NCBI GenBank assembly: GCA_038087875.1
Contig: CM075984.1
Location: 33,666,001-33,730,000, forward strand
Length of the DNA: 64,000 nucleotides
Direction of reading: 5' to 3'
DNA from: Malacoraja senta
Lineage: Eukaryota
Translations under genes and position numbers: made by a program
Shown here: positions 1 to 14,460 of the stretch, in pieces
Position numbering within the stretch: the stretch's first letter is position 1
How the letters are laid out: each line of letters starts with the position of its first letter
The notes under the pieces: generated by a model
Told to the model about the DNA's origin: nothing
The model's input: the letters and a program-made list of their open reading frames with translations, nothing else
The model's database searches: none

Positions 1-829
1 CACATGGAAACATGTATATACATATCCACTCTAAACAAGTTAAATTTCACATACTTGTATATAAATCCCAGAAACCATTGACTCATGTATAAACTGCAGA
101 GCAACCACTGAACTACAAACCAGAAATAGTGTCAACCTGGGTGCTCCAGTTTCCCTCCTATGTCCCACAATCATGTAGATTGGTGGGTTAATGGGTCAGT
201 GTAAATTTCCATTAGTGTGGATGATGGCTAGAATCAGGCGGGTTGTATTTGTGGATGTGGGGTGTTGATGGGAATGCATAGAAGATAAAATAGTTTCTGG
301 TAGGATGCTTAAACAGGGGTGTGTGATGTTCTGCGCAGACCCTGCAGGCTGGAAATCCTGTTTCTGTGTTATATCAACAACACTTATTTTTGTACAGATG
401 AACCAAATGCTGCGATACATGTTTGTTTACATATGTTCAGGTCAAACTTGGACACACAAAGTCATACGTGGGTGGTACAGCAGCACGATGAGTAGAGCTG
501 CTGCCTCCCATTGGAATGCAAATACTATACAATATACAATAGAAGCTCATTCGGTGGTGCACTGTTTATCAAAATAATTGTCTCCCAATACTGTTTGTTT
601 GTCACAATCAGTCTGTGTACTTCCTTGAGCAATAGGTTGGGTTAATTAATAAAATGTTTGAAGTCCAATTAAACCATTAATCTATTTAAAATAAATAGTT
701 TGAGTGTCTGAATTTATGCTAATTCCCAGCCCATTTAAAAAGAGATAAGAGACTGGGAGAAGGGTGCTAGCTGGTACAGAAAAATGTCTTACTTTCCTTC
801 TATAAATGCCTTTGACTGACCTCATATTG

Positions 830-1085
830 AACATCGATCACTTGTTCACATTAGTTCTATGTTATTCAACTTTTGCATCCACTCCCTACACACTAGGGGC
901 AATTTACAGTGACCCGATTACCTAGAAGCCTGCACCTATTTGGGATGTGGGAAGAAACAGGAGCAATGGGAGGAAACCCATGCAGTCAGCGGGAGAACGT
1001 GCAAACTCCACACAGACACCACCCTCGTTCAGGATTAAACCCAGGCGCTGTGAGGCAGTAGCTCGACCAACGGTGTCAATATGCT
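830..1085 (-). mobile_element. V-SINE, older copy
   Basis: cactaggggcaattt...tgtgggaagaaacaggagca...gcaaactccacacagaca. Confidence 0.75.
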
Positions 1086-1677
1086 ACCCTAATGATGTGC
1101 TTAGATTTAAAGACTGTGCAAGAAAGATTTATCAGATTAAAAAAAGATCAGATTAAAAAAAGGTATCTAATAAGATTGACGAGAATGCGTCTATATTCCG
1201 TGGAATTTCGAAAAATGAGCGTTGAACATTAAAGGAAACCTATTAACCTGCTTATGGTTTTGTCTTATGACTAGCTGGTGGGAAGCTCAGCTCAGAATTG
1301 CTTGCAGATTAGCACTGGTAGCATTCTTGGGAATAGTGTGACATAGTGTCATAACATTGACTTGTGGGTCTTTTTATGCCGAGTTTGCGCATTGTTCATG
1401 TGACCATGTGGGTTTCCTCATGGACAGGTCTGGTGTCCTCCCATGTCCCAAAGACATACTGATAGGTAAATTGCCTCTGGTGTAGGAGGGTGGCAGATAG
1501 AAATTGATTGGACAGAATAGGCTGCAGGGAAATGGTGGGGAATGGGACTGATGGGAATGTTTTGAGAGCTGTCATGGTTTTGATGGGTGGAACGACCTTT
1601 TCCTAAGTATTAAGAAAACAGGAGATCCTTGGCTTCAGCGGTAAGAGTAAATGTTTCCACTTTATTTATTTTTCCAG

Positions 1678-1923
1678 TTAAGTTGGAGATGCCTATCAAA
1701 AAAGAGCTGGGCTGCAGCAGTCACTCAGGACATTCATCCCTGGAGCGCACACCAACCAGGCCAGTGGCCACTCAGAAGGTGACATTTGGATCACACGGTA
1801 ACTCTGCTTTCCAACCGATCACGGCCAGCTGCAAAATTGTTCCTCAGGAGCAGCTCCCCAGCTCTGCTGATTCTCCGGGGAAATCCTTCCAACCCATAAC
1901 AATGAGCTGCAAAATTGTGTCAG
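1678..1923 (+). CDS. YEATS2: YEATS2 internal coding exon (VKLEMPIKKE...KSFQPITMSCKIVS)
   Basis: tttccag| acceptor and |gtgggc donor, phase 1-1. Peptide KVTFGSHGNSAFQPITASCKIVPQ...SPGKSFQPITMSCKIVSG is recognisable as vertebrate YEATS2. Confidence 0.92.
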
Positions 1924-2989
1924 GTGGGCATATTCTAATATCAATGTTCCTAATGCTTTATCTAGGAAAATCTGAAATAATAAATCTGAGGTGTAGCTGA
2001 TGTGAGAAAAAATGTTTTCAAAGAGTCATTGGATTATAATTGGAAAATGTGCGAGGGAGACAAACAAAACCTTGTTTTGACCCATCCATCAGTTTTAAAG
2101 GGAAATAGAGAAGAGATCCTGTATACGATTTACCAAAATGAGTGGATGAAAGGGAATAAGGTAATTCTATCACATATTTCCCCTGCCTTTTTCCTCCACA
2201 TGTCAGTGAGTTGCTTTGGACTGTCAGTAGCTTCTGTTTACCCCAGTGTTACTTTTAACATCCAATATCCTAGATATACATGTATAAAGATAGACAAGGG
2301 CTGACTAGGAATAGTCAGCATGGTTTTTTACGTGGGAGATACACACAAAGTGCTGGAGTAACTCAGAGGGACATGGGAGATTGTGTCTCACGAATCTGAT
2401 TGAGTTTTTTGAAGATGTAACCAAAAAGGTTGATGAAGGCGGGGCTGTAAACGTTGTATAGATGTATCTATGGATTTCAGCAAGGCATTTGACAAGGATC
2501 GGCATGGTACGCTGCTCGGGAAGTTAAGATCCTACGCAAACCAAGGACAGTTAGCTGATTGGCTTCATGGAAGGAAGCGGAAAGTGATGGTGGAAGGTTG
2601 TTTTTTGGACTAGAGGCCTGTGACTAGTGGTGTGCCTCAAGGTTAGAATGAGAACTGAATAATGAGACCGATAATTTATGGTAAGAATGGAAAGATAGTT
2701 TAGGTTTATTATTATACATGTACTGGGGTACGGTGAAAATCTTTGTTTTGCATGCTATCCACTATTATACATAAATACAATCAAGCCAGATTCAATTCCA
2801 ATAGCTCAAAGGTTATGAGGAGAAGGCAAGATAATGGGGTGAGAGGGACAGATCGATAAGCCATGATTGAATGGCAGAGCAGACTTGATGGGCTTATTGG
2901 CCTAATTCTGCTCCTCTGACATAAACTTATTAAGGTCAAGCAAAGGGAAAGATACAGTGATAATATACTGTAGTTTTAACCATTGTAGC

Positions 2990-3740
2990 ACACCAGTTCA
3001 AAAGAAAAAGTCCTATGTCCACATTGGGATAGAGTTGAATCAAACATTCTCCCATCTTATGGAAGGACCGTTCAGAAGCCTGGTAACGGGTAGAAGCTGT
3101 TTCTGAGTTTGGTGGTGTGTGCTTTCAAGCTACTGTATCGTCTATCCGACGGGAGCAAGGAGAAGAAGGAATGACCACCATGTTTCCTGAAGTTGATAAC
3201 CAGCTCCTTCGTCTTGATGACATTGATGTGGTTATCCTGACAAGTCTTTGATTATATTGGCTGCTTTTCGAGGCAGCGTGAAATGTAGATGGAGTCAGTG
3301 GTGGGGAGTCTAATCTGTATCCTGGATTGGGCTATTTCCATAACTTTCTGTAATTTCTTACAGTCTTGAGCAGAGCTGCTCCCAGACCCAGCTGTGATGC
3401 AACCCAACAGCATGCTTTCTATGGTGCATCTGTTGAAGTTTGTAAGAGTCATTGAAAACATTCCAAATTTCCTCTGTATCCTGAGGAAGTAGAGGTATTG
3501 GTGTTCCTTCTTAGCTGTCACTTCAATGTGGTTGGTCCACAGTTGATCATTGGTAATATTTACAGAACTTGAAGCTCTCAATTATTTCCACGTCGGCACC
3601 ACTGATGTTGATTGGGGCATGCAGACCATGTTCCTTGAAGTTGAGAACTAGCTCCTTTGTCTTGCTGACATTGAAGGAGAGGTTGTTTTCCTGACATCAT
3701 GTTATGACGTTTTCTGCCGCCTTCCTATACTCTGTCTCAG
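2990..3740 (-). mobile_element. Rex1/Babar-like LINE fragment
   Basis: ORF 3252-3581: LYFLR..RKFG...FNRCTIESMLLGCITA. Confidence 0.8.
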
Positions 3741-3948
3741 GAATGATCCATAATGATTTTCATTGCCTTAGGATATTCAGATCATTTTAAAATCAGTTGA
3801 GTAACTGGCTAATCATTGCAACAACCATTTTTTTTCACAGCTAGCTTCTACAAAGAGCAATATGACAATGAACTGGAGTTTGCTTTAATTGTGTTGATTT
3901 AATGTGAAAATATTTTCAAAGGCACTAATTAACCTTACCCTACTGTAG

Positions 3949-4107
3949 GATCTCCGATTTCAACACCATGTCATTCTCCTTTACCACGCACACCAACCTC
4001 TACTCCTGTCCACATGAAGCAAGGATCATCTGTTTCTGTTATAACTAACCCCTACATTATAGTAGACAAGCCTGGACAAGTGATTGGAGTGCCAACGTCA
4101 AACACAG
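3949..4107 (+). CDS. YEATS2: YEATS2 exon (GSPISTPCHSPLPRTPTSTPVHMKQG...VPTSNT)
   Basis: ctgtag| and |gtatgg, 159 nt, phase 1-1. Matches YEATS2 SPISTPSPSPLPRTPTSTPVHVKQG. Confidence 0.93.
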
Positions 4108-4822
4108 GTATGGACTATAACTAATCACATGCACCACTATTAGTGTGAAGTATGCTTTACCTCATCCACCCACTGCTTCTACAGGGAATTCAAGTTAAGA
4201 CATGTTGAGTATATTGTCACATGTACAATACAGTGAGGTTCAGGTGTAATGAAAATCTTTCTTTGATCAGCATCACAGGTACATAGACTGGGACAAACAC
4301 ATAAAACATAAATTATACATAAAATACACATGCAATTCTACAAGTCAGTAAAAATAAAAAATGCTGTGGGAAAAAAAGACATTTGTGCAAAACACGATTA
4401 GAAAAATAAACAAGTTTATGATAGTGCAAGAAATGGTCTATAGTGTTCTATTGTCCAAGGTAGGATTAGGGTTGCATGGTTGGTTCAAGAACCTGACAGT
4501 TATTGGAACGTGTTTCTGAAGCTGGTAGTGTGCGTCTTCAGGCTTCCATACCACCTGCCCGATGGCCTGAATGATGGGGATCTCTGATGATAGATACCAC
4601 ATTTTTGAGGCCGATGTGCCATGATGGATTGGGCTGAGTCCACAGCTCTGTACATCCTTTTGCGATCCTGTACATCCATTGAGAAAGAGGCAGGATTAAC
4701 ATTTTAGATTGATGTTCTTGCATCAATAGGCTGAAATCTTACCCTTTTGTCTCTTTCTACAGCTGTTTGAACTCTGTGTTTTTCAAATTCAGATTGATTT
4801 ATATATCTCTTGTTTGAAGCAG

Positions 4823-4917
4823 GAAGTCCCACAGCCAAGCAGACAGGCATTTCACAAGGTACGCATTCACCCATCCCAAAAATCCATGGCAGCAGCTTCA
4901 TTGCAACAGCTGTTAAG
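4823..4917 (+). CDS. YEATS2: YEATS2 exon (GSPTAKQTGISQGTHSPIPKIHGSSFIATAVK)
   Basis: gcag| and |gtaagg, 95 nt, phase 1-0. PKIHGSSF motif as in YEATS2. Confidence 0.92.
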
Positions 4918-5137
4918 GTAAGGGTCTTTCTGATATGTTGAAAATGGCTTTATTGAAGTGCCGGGGTACATGTCACTAAATCCCGTTCTGGATTGATTCT
5001 GTCAGCAAGGAACAGTGACATTGTGGATTATGTGCCAAAAATCAGTGTTATCCTAGTCCGACATGTGCCTAAACTCGAAGAGATTTACTTTGTCCAGTCT
5101 CTGTGGCTGACGAGTAATTAATGAAGAAATACTGGTT

Positions 5138-5360
5138 GGAGACACAAGAGACTTCAGATGCTGGAATGCCGAGCAAAGAAAACACTTCTGGAGGAACTCA
5201 GCAGGTCAGGGACCATCTGTGGAGGGAAATGGGCAGATGACAGGATGTGATCCTTCTGTAGATCTTTGCTGTCTTGACCTGAAATATGGTGCAACATTTT
5301 CCCATCTCGGCTGCTGCCTGGCCCACTGAGGTCCCCCAGCAGTTGGTTTTATTGCTCAAG
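5138..5360. repeat. Older, degenerate palindromic Penelope-terminus element
   Basis: gagcaaa...ctggaggaactcagcaggtcagg mirrored by cctggcccactgaggtcccccagcag...ttgctc. Confidence 0.6.
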
Positions 5361-6509
5361 AAATCCTGGTTACTTCATTAGTGGGGAAGTACGGTCCAGG
5401 CCAGTTCAGAAGTTGAAGTAATATTGAAACATATAATTAGAAACTGTTAACCTGTCATGCATGCTATGAACAAGAAAACACAAATGGAAAACAAAGCAGA
5501 GAAGAAGTTAGTTTTTTTCAAAGTGTAGCTGTAACCTGTAATGCATCTTTTGAAAACATTGTGGAAATATCTTCATTGTAAATTTCAAAAATAATTTGGA
5601 TACATATTCAAACTTGTAGGTCTACAAGGGAAGACCAAAGGAGTGGGACCAAATGGACAATTGCTTGAGGGGTTAGCTCAGGGGCAATTGGCTTAATGTC
5701 TGCCTTCTACATTGCATAATTCTTTGATTCTAACAACAAATTATAGTCATCTGTAATGATATCAAGTTGGAGACACAAGGAACATGGGATGCTGGAATCC
5801 TATATGGACCACAAACTGCTGGAGTAACTCAGCGGGCCAGGCAGCATCTCCGGAGGACGTTATATCAATCTGGGCTAAATGCTAGTTCATTTGCAAGTTT
5901 GGAGAAGTCTTTATGTAACTCCACAGGTCTGGTAAACCTCTGATTGAACACAGTAAAACCAATAATTTCACATCTATTATTCTGTGGGTTCAGGGTCCGG
6001 ACTGTGGGCTACATGTGTAGTAAGAGCCAGGGGTCAGGAATGCATGTAGATTTGCAGCAAGAGTCCGGGTCTGTCGTTCTTGTAAATTTCCTGCTCCCTC
6101 TGAACACATTCAGTTTGCTAGAAAATTTATTATACTATGTGTAACATGTAAAATTTGTGGAAGAAAAATATCATTAAAGGAGTAACAAACAATAGCCCGG
6201 GGAATCTGCTGCATGCTAGAGTTTCATTGCACTGTCTTGGTTAACTACAGGAACTTGCTATATTTCATCAGTACTGGAGATTCCTGTTTCAAAAAGAAGG
6301 TGCTGTTCCAAGTAGTGAACCTGAGGTTATGTCAACACTGTAAGCTTGTGTAATATGTAAACAGGTGTGAGCAAAAAAAAATCAGTTAGGATAAGCAAAT
6401 TGCAAAGAAATAATTTACATTAAAGCAGCATGCAGATTGTTCTGCTATTAAACGATAATTGCATTCCTAAGAAACCTTGTGCTATAGAAAATCTCGTTAT
6501 AAAGACGAT

Positions 6510-6804
6510 TTTAGTTTAGTTTGGGGGTACAGCTTGGAAACAGGCCCTTTGGCCTACCAAGTCCACGCCGACCAACAATTCCCCCGTACACGAATTCTAT
6601 CCTGCGCACTAGGGACAATTTACAGAAACCGATTAACTTGCAAACCCTGTATGTCTTTGGAATGTGGGAGGAAACCGGATCATTTAAAGAAAATCCACAC
6701 TCACAGGGAGAGCGTACACACTCCGTACAGTCAGCATCCGTGGTCAGGATGGAACCCAAATCTTACCGCTGTAAGGCAGCAACTCTACTGCTACACCACT
6801 GTGA
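6510..6804 (-). mobile_element. V-SINE (HE1-like)
   Basis: Reverse complement of the 62923-63220 family, with a (tttag)n tail. Confidence 0.85.
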
Positions 6805-7861
6805 GAGGGGGCATGCAGGGATTAGGGGCTAGAGGGGTGTATTCGCAAAAATAAAGTTAATTTTCCCGTCAAAGACGGTTGTTTTTCCGTGTGTTAATTT
6901 CCAAAGTAACTTTTAAGTGGTTTTCTTCTTCCTGAGCAAAAGCGTGTTGTAACTAATTTGGCCTGTGTAATGCCAATAATGTTCCTTAGTGACAATATAT
7001 TTCTAAAAATGTAAACATTCTGAATGTTGGTAATATGAAATAAAAACACAAAATTCTGAAAAGATTCAGTTGGCCAGGCAGAGTTTGTGAGAGCAAAATT
7101 AAATTAATGACGGGTGGATTGTTTTTCATCCGAACTGGGAAGTGTCGGGATGAAAGAGGGGAGAGATTAAATGAAGAATTCATCGATAGTACATAAAATA
7201 ATGTAAAAATTAATGTAGATAATGGAACTGGGGAGGGAAGAAAGCGTTAAACTGGAGGAGACATAAATGAAGCAGAATCATTGGTAGATGAAAATTGTCG
7301 CAGATGTTTAAAAATAGAAAATACTGCAACTGCTTCTTATCTGAAATTGCTGAACTGAATGAATCTGAGGTCCTGCAATGTGTCGCATTAGAAGACAAAG
7401 TGCTGTCCCCAGTTGGTTTGAGCCTCGCTAAAACTGCGCAAGAAACATAGGACAGAGCAGGAGTGAAAATCAAAAAACTGCAGACATTGGATATTAGTCA
7501 CCTATGAATCCATAGAACTAAAACAATAGCATTCCCTGAGGTACTGACTAAGAAGATGGTTTCTCGCAATTTAATTTTATTTCAGATTTACACAGTTTGT
7601 AATAGAGGCATAGAGTTATACAGCATGGATACAGTCCAGCTCATCCATGCCGATCAAGATACTCCATCCAAGCTAGTTCCATTTGCCTGCCACTGGCCCA
7701 TTCCTCTACACCTTTCCTATCCATATACCTGTCAAAATGTCTTTCGAATTATCATTTTGTACCTGCCTGAACTACTTCACCTGGCAGCTGGTTCCATATA
7801 CTCACCAACCCCTGTGTGACCATCAGGTCCCTATTAAATCATACCCCTCTCACCTTAAACC

Positions 7862-8310
7862 TGTGCCAGGCTTTGCCCCAACCCTCACCTCTTGTCCAGC
7901 TTTCTCCTCCCAACTCCATCAGTCTGAAGAAAGATCCCAATCTGAAATGTTGCCTGACACGCTGAGTTTCTCCAGCAGTTTGTTTTTCTGCTCAAGGTTC
8001 CAGCATCTGCTGTTTCTTGTGTCTCTATTTGTTGCTCCACTGCAAAGATGCCTCCTTTCTCCAATGGGAATTCTATGAGACCCCCTCACACTGATCCTCC
8101 TCTCCGATCCCTTCTGCTCTTCAACCATGTTCTGACCCGGACGCCTCACTTGTATCCACCTATCCTTTGCCAGGCTTTGCCCCACTCCCACTTCTCGTTT
8201 CCAGCTTTCTTATTTTCTACCCAATCAGTCTGAAGAAGGCTCCTGACCCAAAAGGTTGTTTGTCCATTTCCTCCACAGATGTTACCGTCAGGCAGTTCTT
8301 TTTTTGCTTA
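7862..8310 (+). mobile_element. Two tandem Penelope 3' termini with hammerhead-like cores (7924, 8230), inside a CR1 remnant
   Basis: Two atcagtctgaagaa units, each preceded by a pyrimidine-rich tract. Confidence 0.7.
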
Positions 8311-9972
8311 AACCTATGTCCTCTTTTCCCCTACTCTGGGAAAAGGACTGCATTCATCCTATCTATTCCCCTCATGAATTTTATATACCTCTATGAAATC
8401 ACCCCTCAGCTTCCTGTGCTCCAAGGGATAAAGTTCTAGCCTGTTCAACCTTTCCCTGTAATTCAGGCCCTCGAGGCCTGGCAACATCCTTATACATTTT
8501 TCCTGTACTCTTTTCAGCTTAGTTCTGACTATCTTTTCCTTCAATCTACCTATTGTACGAGTTTGGCTTGATTAGAGACATACAGCATGGAAACAGGCCC
8601 TTCGGCCCAATTCGATTATATTTATGTATAGTATTATCCGATTTGATTGAAACTAAAGATTTTCACTGTACCTCAGTACACATGACAATAATAAATCTAT
8701 ACCTAATGTCATCTTTCCTATAGCAGGGTTGACCAAAACTGAACACAATACTCAAGTGCAGCCTCATCAGCTTGGAATTTATATCTGACTATTGTGCACT
8801 GAGTGCGCATGAAAAGGGTGTGAACTAGTCAGTGCACAAAAGCTGTTTCTACCCCAAACAAACTGGACAATTTAAATGTCATAACCAGTAATGATAAATT
8901 TGGCATTAATTTAAATCCACTTTGGTTATTATGTGACAGAATATTTCAAATATTTAAATGCTGGGAACAAAATTTAAAACTAAGTCTGTTCACCAATATT
9001 ACTACATGATAACATAAGCATATTTCATAAATACTTAATTGGTTGGAATGTACTTAGAAACATCTGAGGGTGTGAAAATCATTTTGTACATTGTCCTGTC
9101 GTCATTTCCAACCAAGTTTACTAAAACAAGTTTTCAGTCATTTTCTCATCATGCATAGGTTAGTCACTGCATTTTCCACTGCAAAAATACTAATTGGTTA
9201 TGAACAGTTTCGGGACATTCCAATGTTATGAAATATGCTTTACACATTTTTTTTTCTAAGGATGATGCACCGTAAACTAATCAAGATTCCTTTCCAACAT
9301 GCAGCTTGGTGATCCTGGTCTGAAAATGCATGCAGATTTTAGGCAAGAACAGAGTGAAGCTAGAGTATCCGTTCCCATGGAGCCAAATATCTTATCACAA
9401 ACTCCCAGATACAAATGTTCCTCCAGATCTTTTATTCCCTAACACGATCTTTTGACTTCCTTGTTCCTTCCATTCTCATGTTATGTCTTCAGTGTGTCTC
9501 TGAATATTCCCTTTCCGACCAGGAAAAGGATTCCGCTTCATCTCCTTATGTTCCCATCAGAATAAACCCAACATATCATATTGATTCATTATAGCATCAG
9601 CTTTGCCTCCACACACATTTCTTTGCCTACTAGCCCCAACCCTAAATATAATTCTTCACAATTCCTAATCCACTTTGACGCCTTCCTCTATCCTCTTACC
9701 TTCGGTCGATTTTTTTTTCCAACACAATTTACCATGATGATATTTGCCATCTCTGTATTGTCATTTCACTTATTTTCCCCCCCTTCATACTTGCAGAATT
9801 TAATTCACAACGGACTGTTCTTAACTTTGTCAATATGCTGGCTGACAAAGATGCTGGCTGACAAAGATGCTGCTTGTAGCCAGAATCCTCAAGCTCTAGG
9901 TACAAGCAACACTTTGGGTTATATTGGCTAGGGATTTCCATGCCAGTGATGATGTTACATTTTTTTAGAGTG

Positions 9973-10220
9973 TAATTGAGTTTAGAGATACAGCATGGAG
10001 GCAGGTCTTTCGGCCCACCAAGTCTGCGCCGACAAGCAATCACCCATATACTAGTTCTATCCTACATATATTGGGACAATTTTTTTACAGAAGCCAATTA
10101 ACCTACGAACCTGTATGTTTTGGAATGTGGGAGGAAATCCACGCGGTCACAGGGAGAACGTAAAAACTCCGTACAAACAGCACCGGTTGTCAGGATTGAA
10201 CCCGGGTCTCTGGCACTGTT
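9973..10220 (-). mobile_element. V-SINE (HE1-like)
   Basis: Same family on the minus strand. Confidence 0.82.
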
Positions 10221-10914
10221 CACTGGACCTACTTCATGCCGTTCATGAAGTAATTTTCTACTCCCAAGGAACTCATGAGTTGTTGTTTGCAGCAGGTAGT
10301 GTTTAATCAAAGCCCAATGTATTTCATGCACAGTACATCAAATAAGACAAATAGTTGACTAACCACAAATTGTGGAATAATTAAACTAGATGAAATGTGT
10401 GGTAGATAAAAGGATGTAATCAGTGACATAAAACAACTGAATTTAGGAGGCCAAGCATTTAAAGGTTAAAATAATTATATTCAGAGTAAAATTGCAGGAT
10501 TTTCAAGTAATGCTATCATTAGAATGATGGGCAAGCCTCATTCCAAGAGTTGTATTTGAGAGGAAATTCAGGCACTCCATTTAACAATAGAGACTGGCAA
10601 CTTAAATAATGTAACACTCGCTTGGTACTTTGCTGAAATGGAGCCTGGATTATGTGCACATTGTCCTGACACAGATATGTGACAAGCCAGTGCCAACATA
10701 AGAGATGCTGAGGCTAGTTGTTATGCTCCAGCACTAACTGCAAATATTTATTTAACATAAGCTGGGACCTGTAAGCCTCTCTGAATTTAACCTATTGATT
10801 ATGTGAACTTGAGTATTGGTGAGCTTTGGAATTTATAAGTGCACTGTTCCATGGATATTACAATGGAATGGTGCACAGCTTTGTTGGGTAACTTCTATCG
10901 ATACCGATGAAGAT

Positions 10915-11125
10915 CTACTTTGTAAAGAGGGCGACACACGAGAGGAAGGAAAGTATGTATGAAGTACAGAAAAGTCTGTATGGGAATGGGATGGGGAGTT
11001 AAAATATTTGGTAACTGGGAGAGCCTTGGCGAACAGAGTTCAAGTGTTCGGCAAAATGGTAGCCTAGTCTATGCTTGGTTTCGCTGATGTAAAGGAGGCC
11101 ACATTGGGAGCAATGAATGCAGTGG
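10915..11125 (-). mobile_element. Degenerate Penelope GIY-YIG fragment
   Basis: Resembles the reverse complement of 59040-59230 (caagtgttcggcaaaatggtagcctagtct...). Confidence 0.6.
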
Positions 11126-11489
11126 ACCTACTTTTTTTTAATGTTAGAATGATGTTTTGCTTGAGAACAGGTAGCGATTTAGACATTTCTGTCTTTCTTG
11201 CACCAACTTTTATCTGCTAAGACAACGACAGAGTATCTTTTCATCACTGATATCAAATGAAACTTCCATTTATACCTAAGGAAATGCATACAATTTTGAC
11301 TGGGTGCTTCAGGTATAAGATAGATTGCTTCCATATAATAGGACTAGAGACTAATGTCCATGACCTCTAGGGAATAGTAAAAGCACATTTCCCCCAAATA
11401 AAACCACACTGTGAGGAAAGGTGACCAAACATCCTCAATATCAGTGCCCTGCAAGGATGTGTTCACATCCCCTTACTACATTCAGGATT

Positions 11490-12200
11490 GCTTGGCCAAG
11501 TTCTGCTCTAACTTCATTTACAGGTTTGCAGGAGACACCACTGTAATAGGCTGAATCTTGATGGCAAGATGGACTACAAGGAAGGAGATAGAGAGCTAAG
11601 TAATGTGGCAAGGCAATAACTTCTCATTCATTGTCAGTTATTGTCAGAAGCTAGTTATTGACTTCAGGAAACGGTACTGTTAATGCCCCTGCCAGTCTCA
11701 ATGGTGCCAAAGTGGAGATGGACGAGCACTTCAGGTTCCTTGGTATAAATATCACCAACAACTTGTCCTGAGCCAACCGCATTGAAGCTATAGCCAAGAA
11801 AGCACACCAATGTTTCTACTTCCTCAGAAGTCTAAAGAGGTTTGGCAGATCTTCAATGATTCTTACCAACTTCTACGATTGCACCATAGAGAATACACTA
11901 TTGAGATGCATCACATCCTGGTTTGACAACAGCTTTGCACAAGATCACAAGAAATTGTAGAGAGTTGGGGATGTAGCCCAGTCTATCACACAATGCAGCC
12001 TCCACATCCCCTCTCCCCCATCGACTCCATCTACACTTCATGCTGCCTTGGGAAAGTAGCCAACATAATCGAGGACTATTTCCACTCCAACCATTCTCTA
12101 TTCTCTCCACTCCCAACAGGTAGACGATAGAAAGGCTTGAAAGTACATATCACCAAATTCAGGAACAGCTTTTCCCCTGTAGTTAGGATGTAGTTCCAAT
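11490..12200 (+). mobile_element. Rex1/Babar-like LINE fragment
   Basis: Homologous to 35085-35760 (ttcaggttccttggt...tacttcctcagaag...ttcaggaacagc). Confidence 0.8.
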
Positions 12201-12502
12201 CTTCCAACCTATCTCATTGCGGCTCTTGCACTTTAAACAAATAACTGCACTTTCCCTGTAACTGTTATGATGTAATATTATGTTCTGCACTCTGGTATTT
12301 TTCTCTTTGCATTACCTGTAGTACCTGTCTGTTGTTTGATTTGACTGGACAGACTACAAACAGTTTTTCACTTTAGCAAGATACACGTGACAAAGCAAAT
12401 GCCATGATTGTACTCCTGTATAGCATGATTCGACTGGATAGCATGCAAACAGAGCTTTTCACTTTATCGTGGTACATGACAAAAACAAACCAACACAAAT
12501 AC

Positions 12503-12710
12503 CAGACATAATGAACTGCAGATGCTGGAATCTTATGTGGAACACAAAGTACTGGAGTAAAGTGGGTCAGGCAGCATCTCTGGAGAATATAGATAGACAA
12601 TGCGACCCTTCAGTCTGAAGAAGGGTCTCGACCCAAAACATTGCCTATCCATGTCCTCTAGTGATGCAGCCTACCCACTGAGTTACTCCAGCACTTTGTG
12701 TTCCATGTAA
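12503..12710. repeat. Palindromic Penelope-terminus element
   Basis: ggaacacaaagtactggagtaa...ttactccagcactttgtgttcc arms with a central ctgaagaagggtctcgaccc. Confidence 0.8.
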
Positions 12711-13099
12711 CACTAATAACATTCCTTCATATTTTCCACATGAACAGGCTCATAATTGATCTGTAATCATTTACACAGTAATCCCTGTTTACTATGAAAT
12801 ATATGAGTCAATAGTCATTTTCTGCTCTAAATTTCCTATTTAATGAATTTACCCCTGATTTGTTATTAATTTCCTTTGACAATTCTTTGTCAATGGGGGG
12901 GGAATGGAGAGAGAGGGAATGCAAGGATTACTTGAAGTTAGAACTTCAATATTGACTTTATCTTAAAGTCAATTAGAACTTTCAATATTGACTTTATTCC
13001 TGAAAATCTCTGGACATACCAGCTGCAGACAACAGGAAATTTGGAAGACTATAAAACATAATTGGTAGACAGGATTATGGTGAATCCCCAGGACATTTT

Positions 13100-14460
13100 A
13101 CAAGTAAACTAACAAGAAGAGAGTAACAAGGGAAAGGTTAGGGCCTGTTTATGGACCATAGAGGGAACCTGTGCATGGAGCTGAGTGATGAGAAGTGAAT
13201 ACTTGCGTTTCTATTTACTAAGGAAAAGAATGTGGTAGAGGGAGAGATCCGTTGAGGGATGGTGATATTCCTGAACATTAGCATTAGAAAGCTGCTGAAT
13301 GTGTTGAGTTGCAGAAAGGTGGATAAATCCCCAGAGCTGCTATGGGAGTGAGGAAAGAGATTACTAGCACCTTAACAATTTATGTTTGCATCTTGGTCAG
13401 CCATGGATAAAGGATCAGATGACTGAAATATAACAATCTTTAAGATTAGTAGGAATAAGCCAATGAGTCCGGATGTGAGTGGTAGGGAAACTTTAATAAG
13501 ATAACTTTAATCCTGCATGATAGGCTCGCCCAGAGATTCGATCCCATGGGATCCAGGGCCAGGTAAATGGGATTCATCATTGTTTGAGTAACAGGCAGAG
13601 GATGTGGTAGAGATTGGCTTTTTTGATTGGAAGTCTATGACTTGTGGTGTAGCACAAGGATCATTGTTGGGACCCTTGATATTTGTGATATACATTAATG
13701 ACTTGGATTTGAATGGATGTGATACATAAGTTGGTAGATGATACAAAAATTCATGGTATCGTAGAAAATGAAGAAGGTTGTGTAAGGTTACATCACAATA
13801 CAGAGCGGCTGGAAACTTGCGCCGAGAAAATAAGGGAAAGACATAGACAGTAAATGGTAGGGTCTTGGGGAATATTGATGAACAGAGATACCTTGTGGTT
13901 CATATCCATAGGTCCCTGAAGATGGTAGCACTGGTGGAGGATAAGGTAGTGAAGAGAGCATTTAGAATTCTTGCCATGGTATGGAATACAAGAACTTGTA
14001 TGTTACGTTATAGCTTTATATTAAAAAGACGCAAAGTGCTGGAGTAACTCCGCGAATCAGGCATCATCTCTGGAGAACATAGAGAGGCGACGTTTCAGTC
14101 GGGGCCCTTCTTCAGTCTGCCTTTTTTCGCCAGGACGTTGCCTGGATTGTGGCGTTACAGTGATAAGGAGAGAACCGATGGGCTGGATTTGCTTCCCTTG
14201 GAATGGAGAAAGCTAAGGGGGTGACGTGATGGATGTACATAAAATCATGAGGGGGCTAGGTAAGGTCGGATAGGATCTTTATCACATGGTATGGGATATC
14301 TAACTTGAGAGGGCATATGTTTAAGGTGAGAGGTAGGAGTTTACACAGATCTGAGGGGAATCTTCTTCACACAGAGAGGAGTCTGGAATACATCACCTGA
14401 GGAAATGGAGGAGGCAGATACTCTCACAACATGCAAAGATGAAGGGCCTGTTTTTGTGTT
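13100..14460 (+). mobile_element. Decayed CR1 LINE
   Basis: Degenerate GVAQGSLLGPLIFVIYINDLD and KSPG remnants; interrupted by a Penelope terminus at ~14025-14118. Confidence 0.75.
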
